This document shows, piece after piece, positions 1 through 9,746 of a stretch of DNA of 64,000 bases. Below the pieces are notes generated by a model, which did no database searches, had not been told where the DNA came from, and was given only the letters and a program-made list of their open reading frames with translations. The first letter of the stretch is position 1. Each line of letters starts with the position of its first letter. The DNA comes from an uncultured virus (IMG/VR IMGVR_UViG_3300025652_000051) (Duplodnaviria; Heunggongvirae; Uroviricota; Caudoviricetes): the IMG/VR virus record IMGVR_UViG_3300025652_000051; one strand, 5' to 3'. The position numbers and the translations under genes were made by a program.

Positions 1-1065
1 TATAAGAGAAGATACGTAGACTACTATAATGAAGAAACACTAAGAGGGTATAAAACTTCTTCTTTTAATGAGCTACCTGGAGATTCTGTTTTAAACCTTC
101 TAGATAATTATTATGGTCAAAGAGATCCCGATGGTCGTGTTCCTTTAGTTTTTACATACAATACTAGAAATGCTAACGTATTAAAATTTTCTTTTGATAG
201 TAGCCCTTACAAGGCATCCTTTTTAGATTACTCTTCTGAATCAACTTTTAACTTATTGGATCAGGCGTTTGATATCGAAGAGGTCATAGCAGATAATTCT
301 ATCTATACGGATTCTTTAGGACAGTTAATAACTTTCCTTGCCGATGAGTTAAACAAGGCTAGGGAACAAGATAACTATAATGATGATGTTATAGGTTCTT
401 TAAAAACTGCGTTAAAATCCAAGGGTGCTCTAATGTATCTTGGATCTCTAGATTATATCACAGAACCTGAAACGACTAAAACAAAGCCTACCGATACCAC
501 AACTTTCTTACAAGCTGTTCTAATTAGAGCCGCTTTTAAGTCGGGTAAACTTAAATCAAGCCCACCTGGAAAAAACTTTTTGAATGAATTAAACATTTTA
601 AGAAAAATAAATAAGTATGTTATTGACGTTAACCTTAAAACTCTTCCATTTTTCAATCTTCAATCGTCTTTGAGCCGCCCATGCATCTTACATGGCAACT
701 CTAATTATGTAGTAGGTTCCAAGATTTCAGAAAGAATGAGGAGTGATGATGAGTATGGAGGAGGAGCAGAGTCTTTTTTTAATGGAAAGTACATAGTGGT
801 GGAAGTTAATCATCACATGGATCCTACTAATTCATACTCAGAATTTAAGTTAGCAAACAACGACTACGGAACTAATACCAGCCTTACTAACTCGGTTTGG
901 ACTGAATTATTTTCTGAGGCATTAAAGGGAGCTAGAGAGGCAATAGAAAACGATAAAAAACAAGCGGAGGCAGCTAAAAGACTCGCAAATAGTGCAGACG
1001 CAAAGAGAGCAGCCGCAGAAGCGAAAAGAAAGGAATCGAACACAGGCAACGGAGGAGGCAAATGA
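1..1065 (+). CDS. 5'-truncated baseplate hub-like protein (gp27/gpD-like C-terminus)
   Basis: Frame is open from base 1 (YKRRYVDYYNEE...), so the ORF-track start at 256 is internal; C-terminal FFNGKYIVVEVNHHMDPTNSYSEFKL resembles hub C-termini; lies directly upstream of a gp5-like spike. Confidence 0.55.
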   Translation, partial: YKRRYVDYYNEETLRGYKTSSFNELPGDSVLNLLDNYYGQRDPDGRVPLVFTYNTRNANVLKFSFDSSPYKASFLDYSSESTFNLLDQAFDIEEVIADNSIYTDSLGQLITFLADELNKAREQDNYNDDVIGSLKTALKSKGALMYLGSLDYITEPETTKTKPTDTTTFLQAVLIRAAFKSGKLKSSPPGKNFLNELNILRKINKYVIDVNLKTLPFFNLQSSLSRPCILHGNSNYVVGSKISERMRSDDEYGGGAESFFNGKYIVVEVNHHMDPTNSYSEFKLANNDYGTNTSLTNSVWTELFSEALKGAREAIENDKKQAEAAKRLANSADAKRAAAEAKRKESNTGNGGGK

Positions 1066-2201
1066 ATGTACTAGTGGGAATTGTAGAAAGTTTTAACGAT
1101 GCTACCGAAACTGGAAAGATGATTGTATCCTTCCCTTCGTTAGACAACAGAGTAGAGACGGTTACCTATACTTCTCCTTACTATCGCATGAATTCTGGAG
1201 GTATGGTGGCAATACCTGAGATAGGAACAGAGATTTTAGCTCTGCATAATACTAATCCAAACGATGGAGAGAGTTTATTCTACTTTTTATCATGTGTGAT
1301 ATCGGAAAAGTACAGAGGAGGTTCAGATGAATTTTTGCAAAACCCTTCTCCAGGAAAGCAATCTCGCGCTAGGATAAATCCAAACTTCACTCCGTTTAAT
1401 AATAACGACACTAAAGCTAAGATATACGCTAAAGATGGAACTCCAGTAACTCAAGCATTCACTAACACTGCGGGAGCAGGATTATACATTCACAGGGATT
1501 TCGAAAAAGTACCGATAGCTAATGATGTCACTTTAAAGTCGGAAGGAGGAAACGAAGTAAACGTAGGTAGTTTAGGAGTTCAGATATCAAATGAGGAAGG
1601 GGACTCCGTAGTTCTAACAGGTGCTACAAAGAATGACATGTATGCAAAGAGGGGACTATACATCGAGACTACTGGTCCTCAAGAATACAAATGTGTTAAC
1701 TCAGATATTAACATGAGAATTCTTGAGGGTGGCGACGTAAATATTGAAAACAATTCTGCTGGTCTTCGATCTTTGGGCAAATGGTTTGGAAATATTAGAT
1801 TAAAAAGTAGGTTTCGTAATATAGACTTAGTAGCAGGTTCTCCCACTAGTAATGTAAATATAATTACACCTGGAGCTAACATACAGGTTGACGGACTAGG
1901 TAATATAAAAATACTATCTACAGGTGGATTAAATTTTAATACTATTGGATCTATGAATTTTACATCTAACACAGGGGATATCAACTTAACATCATTGGCG
2001 GGATCCGTAAATTCTTACGCCGGTATGGCTATATCTACGCAGGCTACAAATTACTTTAAGAACACTAGTGATGACAATTTCGCTGGTGCTACTGTAGATA
2101 CGAATAGTGCAATTGCTCCTTTCCCAGTTCCACCTCCTCTTGCAGCATCACCTCCTGATATTACAGCTAATGATTACGGAGATCCTTTAGGAGCAATTTA
2201 A
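1062..2201 (+). CDS. Baseplate central spike, gp5/gpV/VgrG-like, no lysozyme domain evident
   Basis: N-terminal OB-fold signature (GIVESFND..GKMIV; GGMVAIPEIGTEILAL) and C-terminal beta-helix-like repeats (GNIKILSTGGLNFNTIGSMNF). Confidence 0.7.
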   Translation: MNVLVGIVESFNDATETGKMIVSFPSLDNRVETVTYTSPYYRMNSGGMVAIPEIGTEILALHNTNPNDGESLFYFLSCVISEKYRGGSDEFLQNPSPGKQSRARINPNFTPFNNNDTKAKIYAKDGTPVTQAFTNTAGAGLYIHRDFEKVPIANDVTLKSEGGNEVNVGSLGVQISNEEGDSVVLTGATKNDMYAKRGLYIETTGPQEYKCVNSDINMRILEGGDVNIENNSAGLRSLGKWFGNIRLKSRFRNIDLVAGSPTSNVNIITPGANIQVDGLGNIKILSTGGLNFNTIGSMNFTSNTGDINLTSLAGSVNSYAGMAISTQATNYFKNTSDDNFAGATVDTNSAIAPFPVPPPLAASPPDITANDYGDPLGAI

Positions 2202-4822
2202 TGGCTTTTGACGCAAAAACATTTTTAGAATCAGATCCTAGTAATAGTTTAGGAGGTTTAGGGGCTAGCTTTGGATTGCCTAGCTGTATGTTAGGTCTAG
2301 CAGCCGATGTATTAGGTCTTATACCTGCTCCTATCCTCTTGGCGATGAGGCAAGCTATTGAGTTTGCTCAAGCATTAGCAGACGCTGTTATTAAAAGAAT
2401 TAATTCATACATTAGGGATTTATTAGGTATTTCATTATTCCCTGACAGAGATGGGTTTAAAGGATACTTCTCTGAGTTCTCCAGATTTAAGATGGATGTT
2501 CTTTCTGGAATCGTAGGTGCCATAGCTGGATTTGCTGCTTTCGCGCAGGCAATACAGCAAGCCGCTGAAGAATTAATGGGGAGATATCAGCAAGCTGTTG
2601 ATTGCCTCGCTGCCTTTAAAAAGTCTTTAGATTTTCAGAATGGAAATGCAGGAGAGAGAAGAGCGGAGTTAGCTGCCCTTGAACCTACTGGATACGATAA
2701 TATGATAAACTCCCAGTTTGGAGTTTACTTTCAGCAATCTCAGCAAGCTCAACAATTTAGCGATGAATGTCAGGATCAACTAGATGTTATTGATGGAATC
2801 TTATTAGAAAGAACTTTAAACCCTTCTTTAGAGCCTGGAGATTTGCCTGATGAAGTTGTAGAGTCAGTATTCCGTTTGGAAGCTGGACCTCCTAAGTCTA
2901 CCCTTGGTAAGTTTGTTCTCTCTGTTGATGGTCTGTATTATGACTCCAAGACAGATGGGATTACTCCGGCGTTGCTTGAGTTAGATAATAGAAAGAAGGA
3001 TCTAGATCTTCTTGATGAGGGAGGGTTTGATAATCCTGACCTTTGGAAACTAGAATATGATCCTAGCTTGGGTGGTAGGGGTGCTCCGACAACTTCAGAT
3101 GAGCTACAGTATTACTTCAATAGTATCCTAGATCCTAAGTTATTAGATAATTCTCAAGCATTATTAAACTTCTATAATGCGGATGAGCTTTTATTGTCTT
3201 TGGAAGGGCAGAAGGATAGAAAGGTATTTGATGTTTCATCTGAGATTCAAGAGCTAATAGATGACGGGGAGTCACAGGCGGTGATATCTAATCTTCGTCA
3301 AGTTATGCTGTCTGAGACCTCTCATTTCCAGGATAAGATAAATAAACGTAAGAAGCAAATTGAGCTTGCTGTTAAGGTTCCTAATTTCTTAGGTAATGGA
3401 CCTCAATTCACTCCTGGCAATGTTCCTGTAAATGATTTCTCTTACTTAGCTGGGTCAAACTTTTTACTAGATATTGAAAATCAAAGAAGCATTACTATAG
3501 ATCAAGCAGATGTTACAGGCGTTGTCTTGCCTTTAGAGATTAAGTATACTGACAAGATTGAGACTAATGATCCTGTAGTGTTGGATCATATTCTATTGAG
3601 TAATGTGGCTAAGGGAGAAATAATTAGTAATCCTTCTAGTCCTGCTGCTCCTACTCTCCATATTAATGATCGTATATCGGAAGATGGGTTAATTGGTTTG
3701 TACAACTATCTGACTGTGCAATCAAGTTTACCTTCGGGAACTGACTTTGGAGTTCATAATAGCAGTAGATTAGGAGGAGGTTACGCTTCTCAAATAATTG
3801 GGTCGGTATCTAGCGTCTTTAATAAGGGTCTAGGTATACCTTTCTTAAGCGGGGTAGCGTTGCCTAGTAAGGATGATAACTCAGTGATTGCAAGTATGGG
3901 ATCTTATGTTAAGCTTCCTTCTAAGAATGAGTTTAAAGACTTCTTGTATAACAGCGAGGGTGCAAGCCTTGAGAACTGGATATATGTTCCTAGCTTAGAT
4001 AACGCCAATGCAGGCTGGAACGTCAATGACAATAGTACGATGGGATTGTATCGCCTCATATTAGCTAACGAGAATGTAGGAATAGCGCAAGGCAAGGAAC
4101 CTCAGCCAGACATAGATAATTTAAATTTAGATTCTGGAACGGATGTTGTAAGAGGTTTAGTATACGGTTTCACAAGAGATAGAAGATTCACACAAGGGTT
4201 AGAGCCTAGTAATAGTGATTCAGACAATAGCGTTGAAAACAGCGTTTTAGTTTTAGCACCAACTCAATCCTATGATTCTTCTAGCGCAGGATTTATTGCT
4301 AATAGAACAGCAAACTGCAATAAGGATTCCTACTACGGGATGACGATTCCTGTGTGGCAAATAATAAACAACAAGTCATTATCTAGTTGCGGAGAATCGT
4401 TTTGCCAGTTATCGGTATCCTTAGATCCTGTTGAGGATAAGATTAGCGTTTATCTTGATGGTACTTTGCTATCCACGTCTAGCTACCAAGGAGTATTTGG
4501 AACAACCAAGGTTAATTCAACATTCAAGGCTCCTTCCGTATACCAAGATAATTCCTTTGAATACTCGGCAGGACCTTATCTAGATTCTTACTTTACTCCT
4601 TGGATTATAGGAGGCGGTTATACGGACGGGTTCTCAGCAGGAAACTTCATGGGAGGAGAGTATGGAGGAAAGGTTAGTGGCCTGAAGGGTTACGTAGGTT
4701 GTAGTAGATTTTATTCAAAGCCACTTAGTGATGGTGAGGTACTAAATAACTATAACGCTACTAAGAATTTCTTCAAGAATATATCTCTAAAAGAGGATTG
4801 GGAATCTGTCATAAGTGAGTAA
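2201..4822 (+). CDS. Virion structural protein with C-terminal LamG/concanavalin-like domain
   Basis: 873 aa; SLENWI...ISVYLDG...GLKGYVGCSRFYSKPLSDGEVLNNY LamG-type pattern; Ala/Leu-rich helical N-terminus. Confidence 0.6.
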   Translation: MAFDAKTFLESDPSNSLGGLGASFGLPSCMLGLAADVLGLIPAPILLAMRQAIEFAQALADAVIKRINSYIRDLLGISLFPDRDGFKGYFSEFSRFKMDVLSGIVGAIAGFAAFAQAIQQAAEELMGRYQQAVDCLAAFKKSLDFQNGNAGERRAELAALEPTGYDNMINSQFGVYFQQSQQAQQFSDECQDQLDVIDGILLERTLNPSLEPGDLPDEVVESVFRLEAGPPKSTLGKFVLSVDGLYYDSKTDGITPALLELDNRKKDLDLLDEGGFDNPDLWKLEYDPSLGGRGAPTTSDELQYYFNSILDPKLLDNSQALLNFYNADELLLSLEGQKDRKVFDVSSEIQELIDDGESQAVISNLRQVMLSETSHFQDKINKRKKQIELAVKVPNFLGNGPQFTPGNVPVNDFSYLAGSNFLLDIENQRSITIDQADVTGVVLPLEIKYTDKIETNDPVVLDHILLSNVAKGEIISNPSSPAAPTLHINDRISEDGLIGLYNYLTVQSSLPSGTDFGVHNSSRLGGGYASQIIGSVSSVFNKGLGIPFLSGVALPSKDDNSVIASMGSYVKLPSKNEFKDFLYNSEGASLENWIYVPSLDNANAGWNVNDNSTMGLYRLILANENVGIAQGKEPQPDIDNLNLDSGTDVVRGLVYGFTRDRRFTQGLEPSNSDSDNSVENSVLVLAPTQSYDSSSAGFIANRTANCNKDSYYGMTIPVWQIINNKSLSSCGESFCQLSVSLDPVEDKISVYLDGTLLSTSSYQGVFGTTKVNSTFKAPSVYQDNSFEYSAGPYLDSYFTPWIIGGGYTDGFSAGNFMGGEYGGKVSGLKGYVGCSRFYSKPLSDGEVLNNYNATKNFFKNISLKEDWESVISE

Positions 4823-4824
4823 GG

Positions 4825-6906
4825 ATGGTAGATAAGTATTTTGTAAACTGTAGAGGGGCAACTTTCAATAAAGTCCATACTGATGAGTGGGATAAGTCAG
4901 GAGGTCTTCCTAGGATGAGCACTCCTTTTCAACCAGTCACAGTTGATTACGATAAGGATTACATGACCTTTGCAGGGTCTACTAAAACTTCTAATTGGCT
5001 TCATTGGAATGATGACGAAGCTAACAGTCAACTAGATTATTTATCTAAAATAGGGGTAAATCTAATAAGGGTATACGCAGACCTGTTTACCTGGGATGCT
5101 TTAGGTAGTAGATATTTGCAATCGGTAGAGTCTCTAGCAAAACTATGCAACTCCAAAAAAATGTATATTCAATGGGTATTATTTGATGGATATACTCAAG
5201 ACGATACTCCTTCTACCAATCATTCATTAGGGTATCTAGATCCCTCTACTATCCCTGAGGCGATGTCTTGGGGAATTCGTAGATGGCAGAGGTGCCCTAC
5301 TATTAACGAGAATAGCATTAGCGGAACCAGAGATTACTTTAAGTTAGTGGAGGACATTCCTAGTAGATCAGGTTCCTCATTATCTCCTAAAGTAGAATCT
5401 TACATATCTGATATGTTGTCAACCGCTGGAAAGTACAGATCGGCATTGTCGTGGGAAGTAATGCACGATGTCAACATTCTTGATACTGAGACTAATGCAT
5501 ATTCTTTTTTAATTGCTGCCATAAACAAGGTGAATTCGTTAAAGACTGCAAATCAAAAAACTACAATTTCGTCAAAATACTTAAATGCGTATAGTACTAA
5601 GGGGTCTAATGGTACACCCGATGTATACGATAGCACCTTAATAGAGCAAGTAATTCCTTTACTTGACTACGCTTGCGAGCTAACAATTAATTTTACAATT
5701 TTAGGCTTTATAAATTCTTACAGGAGATTACTTGATTTTTCTTCTAAAACTAAAAAGCCTTTTATGCTGATAGATTCTTTTAATGAGTCTTTATTGACTC
5801 CTTCTGAATTCTTTACTTTTGCAAAAGATTTCAATGTTGGAGTTATTTGTGAAGGCATGGTTGATCGAGCCATGAGTAGAAAGCCTAACAATGATACGAA
5901 AGGTATTTTGTATGATGACGGGTCTTGCAGAAGAAGTGTTGACGCTAGTGCTGTAAAATCTAAGGCATCTAATGACGGCATAGGGTTCACTAAATTAAGT
6001 TTACCTTCCGAGAAAACTGATTTCAACAATCTGTATAGTAAAGTAGCTTCTAGCTTTGAGAGGTTTGAAGCTCATGGTGACTTTGGTTATTGGACCTTTT
6101 CTTCGATTCATGAGGCTCATGAGGGGTACCCTGAGTTTTCGGGAACGCCTATAGGTTATCTGCCCATGGCATCTTCAGTATCGTCTACCAAGAACGGATG
6201 GGGAGTCGTAGGAGATGGGTTAGGCTACGGTTATGAGAGTAATTATTTATTTTCAAGTCTTAAACTTTGGGACCAGTATGGGAACCAGAACTTCGCAAGC
6301 TGGAAACTATTCCAACATATATCCGATCCTGTAGAAAGGGATAAGCAGGGATCTAAAATGCTGGCAAAGCTTATAAGGCTAACCCAAGACTTGGACATGA
6401 CATTCGGACATAATTTTCACAATAGCGAAGGGTATTCTATACCAAGTTTAGTGTCTTTTGCTACTCAAAATAATGTGCAGACTTATGCTTCGGGGTATTT
6501 GCCAACGTCCCTTACTAAAACTAGTAAGTACAATAAGAGTCCTTTAGTGGGGAGTCCTAAACTTCTTTCAAACTTATCTCCTTCTGATGGAGGGTACAGG
6601 CAATCAGTTACCGAATTAGATAAACCTCTTTGTTATTGGAATAGGCCCTCGGGGGCAGAATTCGCCAGCGGATGCTGTGACTACAGTGCAGCTATTACTG
6701 TAGGGACCATGGATACGGAATATACTGATATCTTAAATACAAAAATTGATTGGTCCTCTTACGACACTGATTTCTTCTATTGGTCGGCATATTTGTATAA
6801 TGCTTACGTTGAAGCTAATAATAGCTTAAAAAGTTATCTAGAAGCATTAGGAGATCCTAGGGTATCGAGCTACTTAGTTACCCAAACCCCAGTGGTAATA
6901 AGCTAG
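4825..6906 (+). CDS. GH5-like (clan GH-A TIM barrel) protein, catalytic residues apparently degenerate
   Basis: RGATF...LDYLSKIGVNLIRVY...YIQWVLFD matches the GH5-type N-terminus; WEVMHD and KPFMLIDS stand where WxxxNEP and KPxxxxE are expected. Confidence 0.6.
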   Translation: MVDKYFVNCRGATFNKVHTDEWDKSGGLPRMSTPFQPVTVDYDKDYMTFAGSTKTSNWLHWNDDEANSQLDYLSKIGVNLIRVYADLFTWDALGSRYLQSVESLAKLCNSKKMYIQWVLFDGYTQDDTPSTNHSLGYLDPSTIPEAMSWGIRRWQRCPTINENSISGTRDYFKLVEDIPSRSGSSLSPKVESYISDMLSTAGKYRSALSWEVMHDVNILDTETNAYSFLIAAINKVNSLKTANQKTTISSKYLNAYSTKGSNGTPDVYDSTLIEQVIPLLDYACELTINFTILGFINSYRRLLDFSSKTKKPFMLIDSFNESLLTPSEFFTFAKDFNVGVICEGMVDRAMSRKPNNDTKGILYDDGSCRRSVDASAVKSKASNDGIGFTKLSLPSEKTDFNNLYSKVASSFERFEAHGDFGYWTFSSIHEAHEGYPEFSGTPIGYLPMASSVSSTKNGWGVVGDGLGYGYESNYLFSSLKLWDQYGNQNFASWKLFQHISDPVERDKQGSKMLAKLIRLTQDLDMTFGHNFHNSEGYSIPSLVSFATQNNVQTYASGYLPTSLTKTSKYNKSPLVGSPKLLSNLSPSDGGYRQSVTELDKPLCYWNRPSGAEFASGCCDYSAAITVGTMDTEYTDILNTKIDWSSYDTDFFYWSAYLYNAYVEANNSLKSYLEALGDPRVSSYLVTQTPVVIS

Positions 6907-9233
6907 TATACCCTTCCCCCTTTAGCAATATGATTATGTTTAATCATTGCTGCTGGCAATACTTCTTCCGCATTTAAAGACTCTTCATAGGTGTAATTGC
7001 TTAAGTAGTTTTCTAACTTATTAATTACGTCATCTGCTGAGGTTCCTACAATCACTAAATTTTGATAGACAGTCCATCCTTGAGGGACAAAAGGAGTACT
7101 GTTTATTCCTGCATATATACTTCCGTATTGCATACCCATGTACATCTTTTGGCCGTAAGGGTCGTTATCCCATAAACCTCTACTAAATTTAGTAGCCCTA
7201 GCATCCCCATTGTTTGCCGTGCCATCATCAGTTATGGTACCACTTACAGCATAATTAGTAATATCACTGATAATATCTGTAGGGTACATCCAATTACTTG
7301 CGACATTTGAAGGACTATTTCCTTTATTAGGAGACATTACGTAGTATTTTCCTACTGCTACAGAAGATAGATCTCCAGGAGCATCATCATTTCTTTCTTG
7401 TATTACCATAACCTTTCTACTTCCTAGCCAGTGCTCAGAAGGAGAAACTCCATATATAGATGTAGAGTCTGTATATCCTTCAAATTTAGAAGTAAACTTA
7501 ACATATCCGTCCGCACCGCTTGTTACTACTTGTGCAAGACTCATAAAGTTTCCAGAAGCATCTGCTCCTTGAGTATTATCTCCTTTGTAGTTGTAAATAA
7601 CTTTTAACGCTTGCCGAAACTGACTTGATGCCTGAAGAGGAGGGAAAGCACTAAAAGTTACTCCTAATTCAAGAGCTTCCTGCCCAGAGACGCTGGTTCC
7701 GTTTGAGAAAGTAATCTTATGAACAGGCAGTCCCGACAACTTTATTTTTCTTTTATTTTCAGGAGAATAAACATACATTTCATTCATTCTTCCGTCTATA
7801 GTTCCTCCTAAAAGGGAGTTATAAGTCCCCCCTGTTCCCGCAAAATCAGCTTGCGACTCATGCCAATACTTCATAGTATCAAATACTTTGTTTTTAATTT
7901 TATCTGATAGTTTTACATCATTAGATTTTAAATAAACATCTGAATTTCTGTAATTATCAATACTAAACTTGGAAGATAAGTATACCCCATATAACTCTCT
8001 GTGTACTCCTTCTACTCCATTATGATTCACATCTTTTTGGAGGTATAGTCTTTGACCTCCGTTAAATATTTGATTTGTATCCACTGCTCCTCTTTCTGTA
8101 GCATTAATTGGTGTATCTAAAAATCCTTTTCCTACACCCTTCGAATCCCAATAATCACTTACGGAACTATTGGAGTAAGTGAACGGATATAAATAATAGG
8201 GGAACGCAGTAGGATCCCCTGAAGTTGCACCACCTCCCTTCAGTTCTCCTCCGAAATCCACAGGATACATGCCAGCTTTTATACTTCCTGAGTCTCCATC
8301 AATATCTACTTTAGAGTAGCATCCTACGGCGTTTGACTGCTGAAAAAAACCATGTATCTTTTCTGGAGTAAATGACCTAGCTTGAGTAATGCCTTTAACT
8401 TGTCTATACATTAACTGGCCCATTGCTGATCCTGGAATAGGGTTGTAGTATGTTAGGGGAAGGGGAGGGTCAAAGTATAGATCCTTTAGAGCGTAATCCT
8501 CCTCACTAGTACCAGTTGAGATTGCGTAAGACGCAAGGAAATCATAAAAGGCTCTAAAGGAGTCTTGTACTTGATAATCGCCATAGGATTGCGCCCCGTA
8601 TCCGAAAAGTCCATCTGGTTGCGTAATGATTGCCCCATCGGCATTCTCACACTCTGCCGATGGTTTGCTTATCCAAACGTCAACCATCCGACCACTATTC
8701 TCATCTACCAATAAAGTGTTATTACCAATAGTGATTACGTTATCTCCCGCGTACTTAGACTGAGTTCCTTCTTTGTAGGGCTTATACCAGTCAAAATACC
8801 AAGATAAAACTCTGTCATAATCAAATCCCCACCTGTTAGTACCGTATCCGTGCCTAATAGCTTCTCCCCCAAATCCTTGGTCAGTGTCATTAAAGTCTAA
8901 AAGGGCTGAAACCTCATCAGAAGCTAGAGTTCCTGATCCGAAATATTTTACATCATCCCAAGCTGATGCTTGAAATCTTCCTGTTACAAAATGGTATTCG
9001 TCTTCAAAAAACGCTCTCCTAGTGTTATTAATGCTTAAACTAGAAGTATCTACTTTTGGACGTGATTGCAGATTAGTAAGTGATTTTTGATTTGTTCTAG
9101 TAAGTTGAGGTCCGTAATCGGCAGAAGCGTTAATAGACTCTCCGCCAAGTGGAAACTCTTCTGAGTTAATGTATCCGTAATTAGGAGTTCTTGGGACAAA
9201 ATCGTCGTGATGCTCTCTTGATATTCTAGCCAT
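6903..9233 (-). CDS. Large hypothetical protein, probably virion-associated
   Basis: Long ORF rich in G/S/Y/D; likely start MARISREHH at 9233 (ORF track starts at 9284); TAGATA late-type element upstream; stop overlaps the convergent gene's stop (CTAG 6903-6906). Confidence 0.65.
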   Translation of the reverse strand: MARISREHHDDFVPRTPNYGYINSEEFPLGGESINASADYGPQLTRTNQKSLTNLQSRPKVDTSSLSINNTRRAFFEDEYHFVTGRFQASAWDDVKYFGSGTLASDEVSALLDFNDTDQGFGGEAIRHGYGTNRWGFDYDRVLSWYFDWYKPYKEGTQSKYAGDNVITIGNNTLLVDENSGRMVDVWISKPSAECENADGAIITQPDGLFGYGAQSYGDYQVQDSFRAFYDFLASYAISTGTSEEDYALKDLYFDPPLPLTYYNPIPGSAMGQLMYRQVKGITQARSFTPEKIHGFFQQSNAVGCYSKVDIDGDSGSIKAGMYPVDFGGELKGGGATSGDPTAFPYYLYPFTYSNSSVSDYWDSKGVGKGFLDTPINATERGAVDTNQIFNGGQRLYLQKDVNHNGVEGVHRELYGVYLSSKFSIDNYRNSDVYLKSNDVKLSDKIKNKVFDTMKYWHESQADFAGTGGTYNSLLGGTIDGRMNEMYVYSPENKRKIKLSGLPVHKITFSNGTSVSGQEALELGVTFSAFPPLQASSQFRQALKVIYNYKGDNTQGADASGNFMSLAQVVTSGADGYVKFTSKFEGYTDSTSIYGVSPSEHWLGSRKVMVIQERNDDAPGDLSSVAVGKYYVMSPNKGNSPSNVASNWMYPTDIISDITNYAVSGTITDDGTANNGDARATKFSRGLWDNDPYGQKMYMGMQYGSIYAGINSTPFVPQGWTVYQNLVIVGTSADDVINKLENYLSNYTYEESLNAEEVLPAAMIKHNHIAKGGRVY

Positions 9234-9262
9234 GGTATATTGAGGTAATTTGTATACTGCCT

Positions 9263-9273
9263 CTAAATATCTA
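9263..9273. promoter_or_regulatory. Overlapping divergent late-promoter candidates (CTAAATA on +, TAGATA on -)
   Basis: ctaaatatcta between divergent genes starting at 9233(-) and 9303(+). Confidence 0.5.
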
Positions 9274-9302
9274 TACAGATACATTTTTCTGAATATTTTA
9301 AA

Positions 9303-9746
9303 ATGGCAATTTCAAGCAACACAACAACTTTTGGAAATTTAGTTCCGGGGCCTATGCAGAGACCCGTTACAGGTCAGGATCCTAGATTAGTAGGTTTAGA
9401 GTACCCTGTACCTGTTGACCCTAAAAACGGATACTTCAGCAAGATGTCGGGACTATCATTAGTTAAGTCTAATTTAAGGTCTATTTTAAAGACGGAAAGA
9501 GGCGAGCGTTTTATGAGACCTGATTACGGGTGCAATTTGCGTAAGTTTCTAATGGAGCCTTTAGATGCTGTGACCTTTTCACTGATAAAAGAAGAGATTG
9601 TCATTGCCATACGTAGATACCTTAGCACAGTTTCTTTAGGAAAGGTTCAAGTGTTTGAAACTGTAGATTCTAACTTAAAAGTAAATCTCTTTTGCAACTA
9701 TAGAAATTTAACTTCGACTTCATTTAATGTCGGTGTAAGGATATAA
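9303..9746 (+). CDS. Baseplate wedge protein, gp25/GPW-like
   Basis: NLRSILKTERGERFMRPDYGCNLRKFLMEP is the gp25-family signature. Confidence 0.9.
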   Translation: MAISSNTTTFGNLVPGPMQRPVTGQDPRLVGLEYPVPVDPKNGYFSKMSGLSLVKSNLRSILKTERGERFMRPDYGCNLRKFLMEPLDAVTFSLIKEEIVIAIRRYLSTVSLGKVQVFETVDSNLKVNLFCNYRNLTSTSFNVGVRI

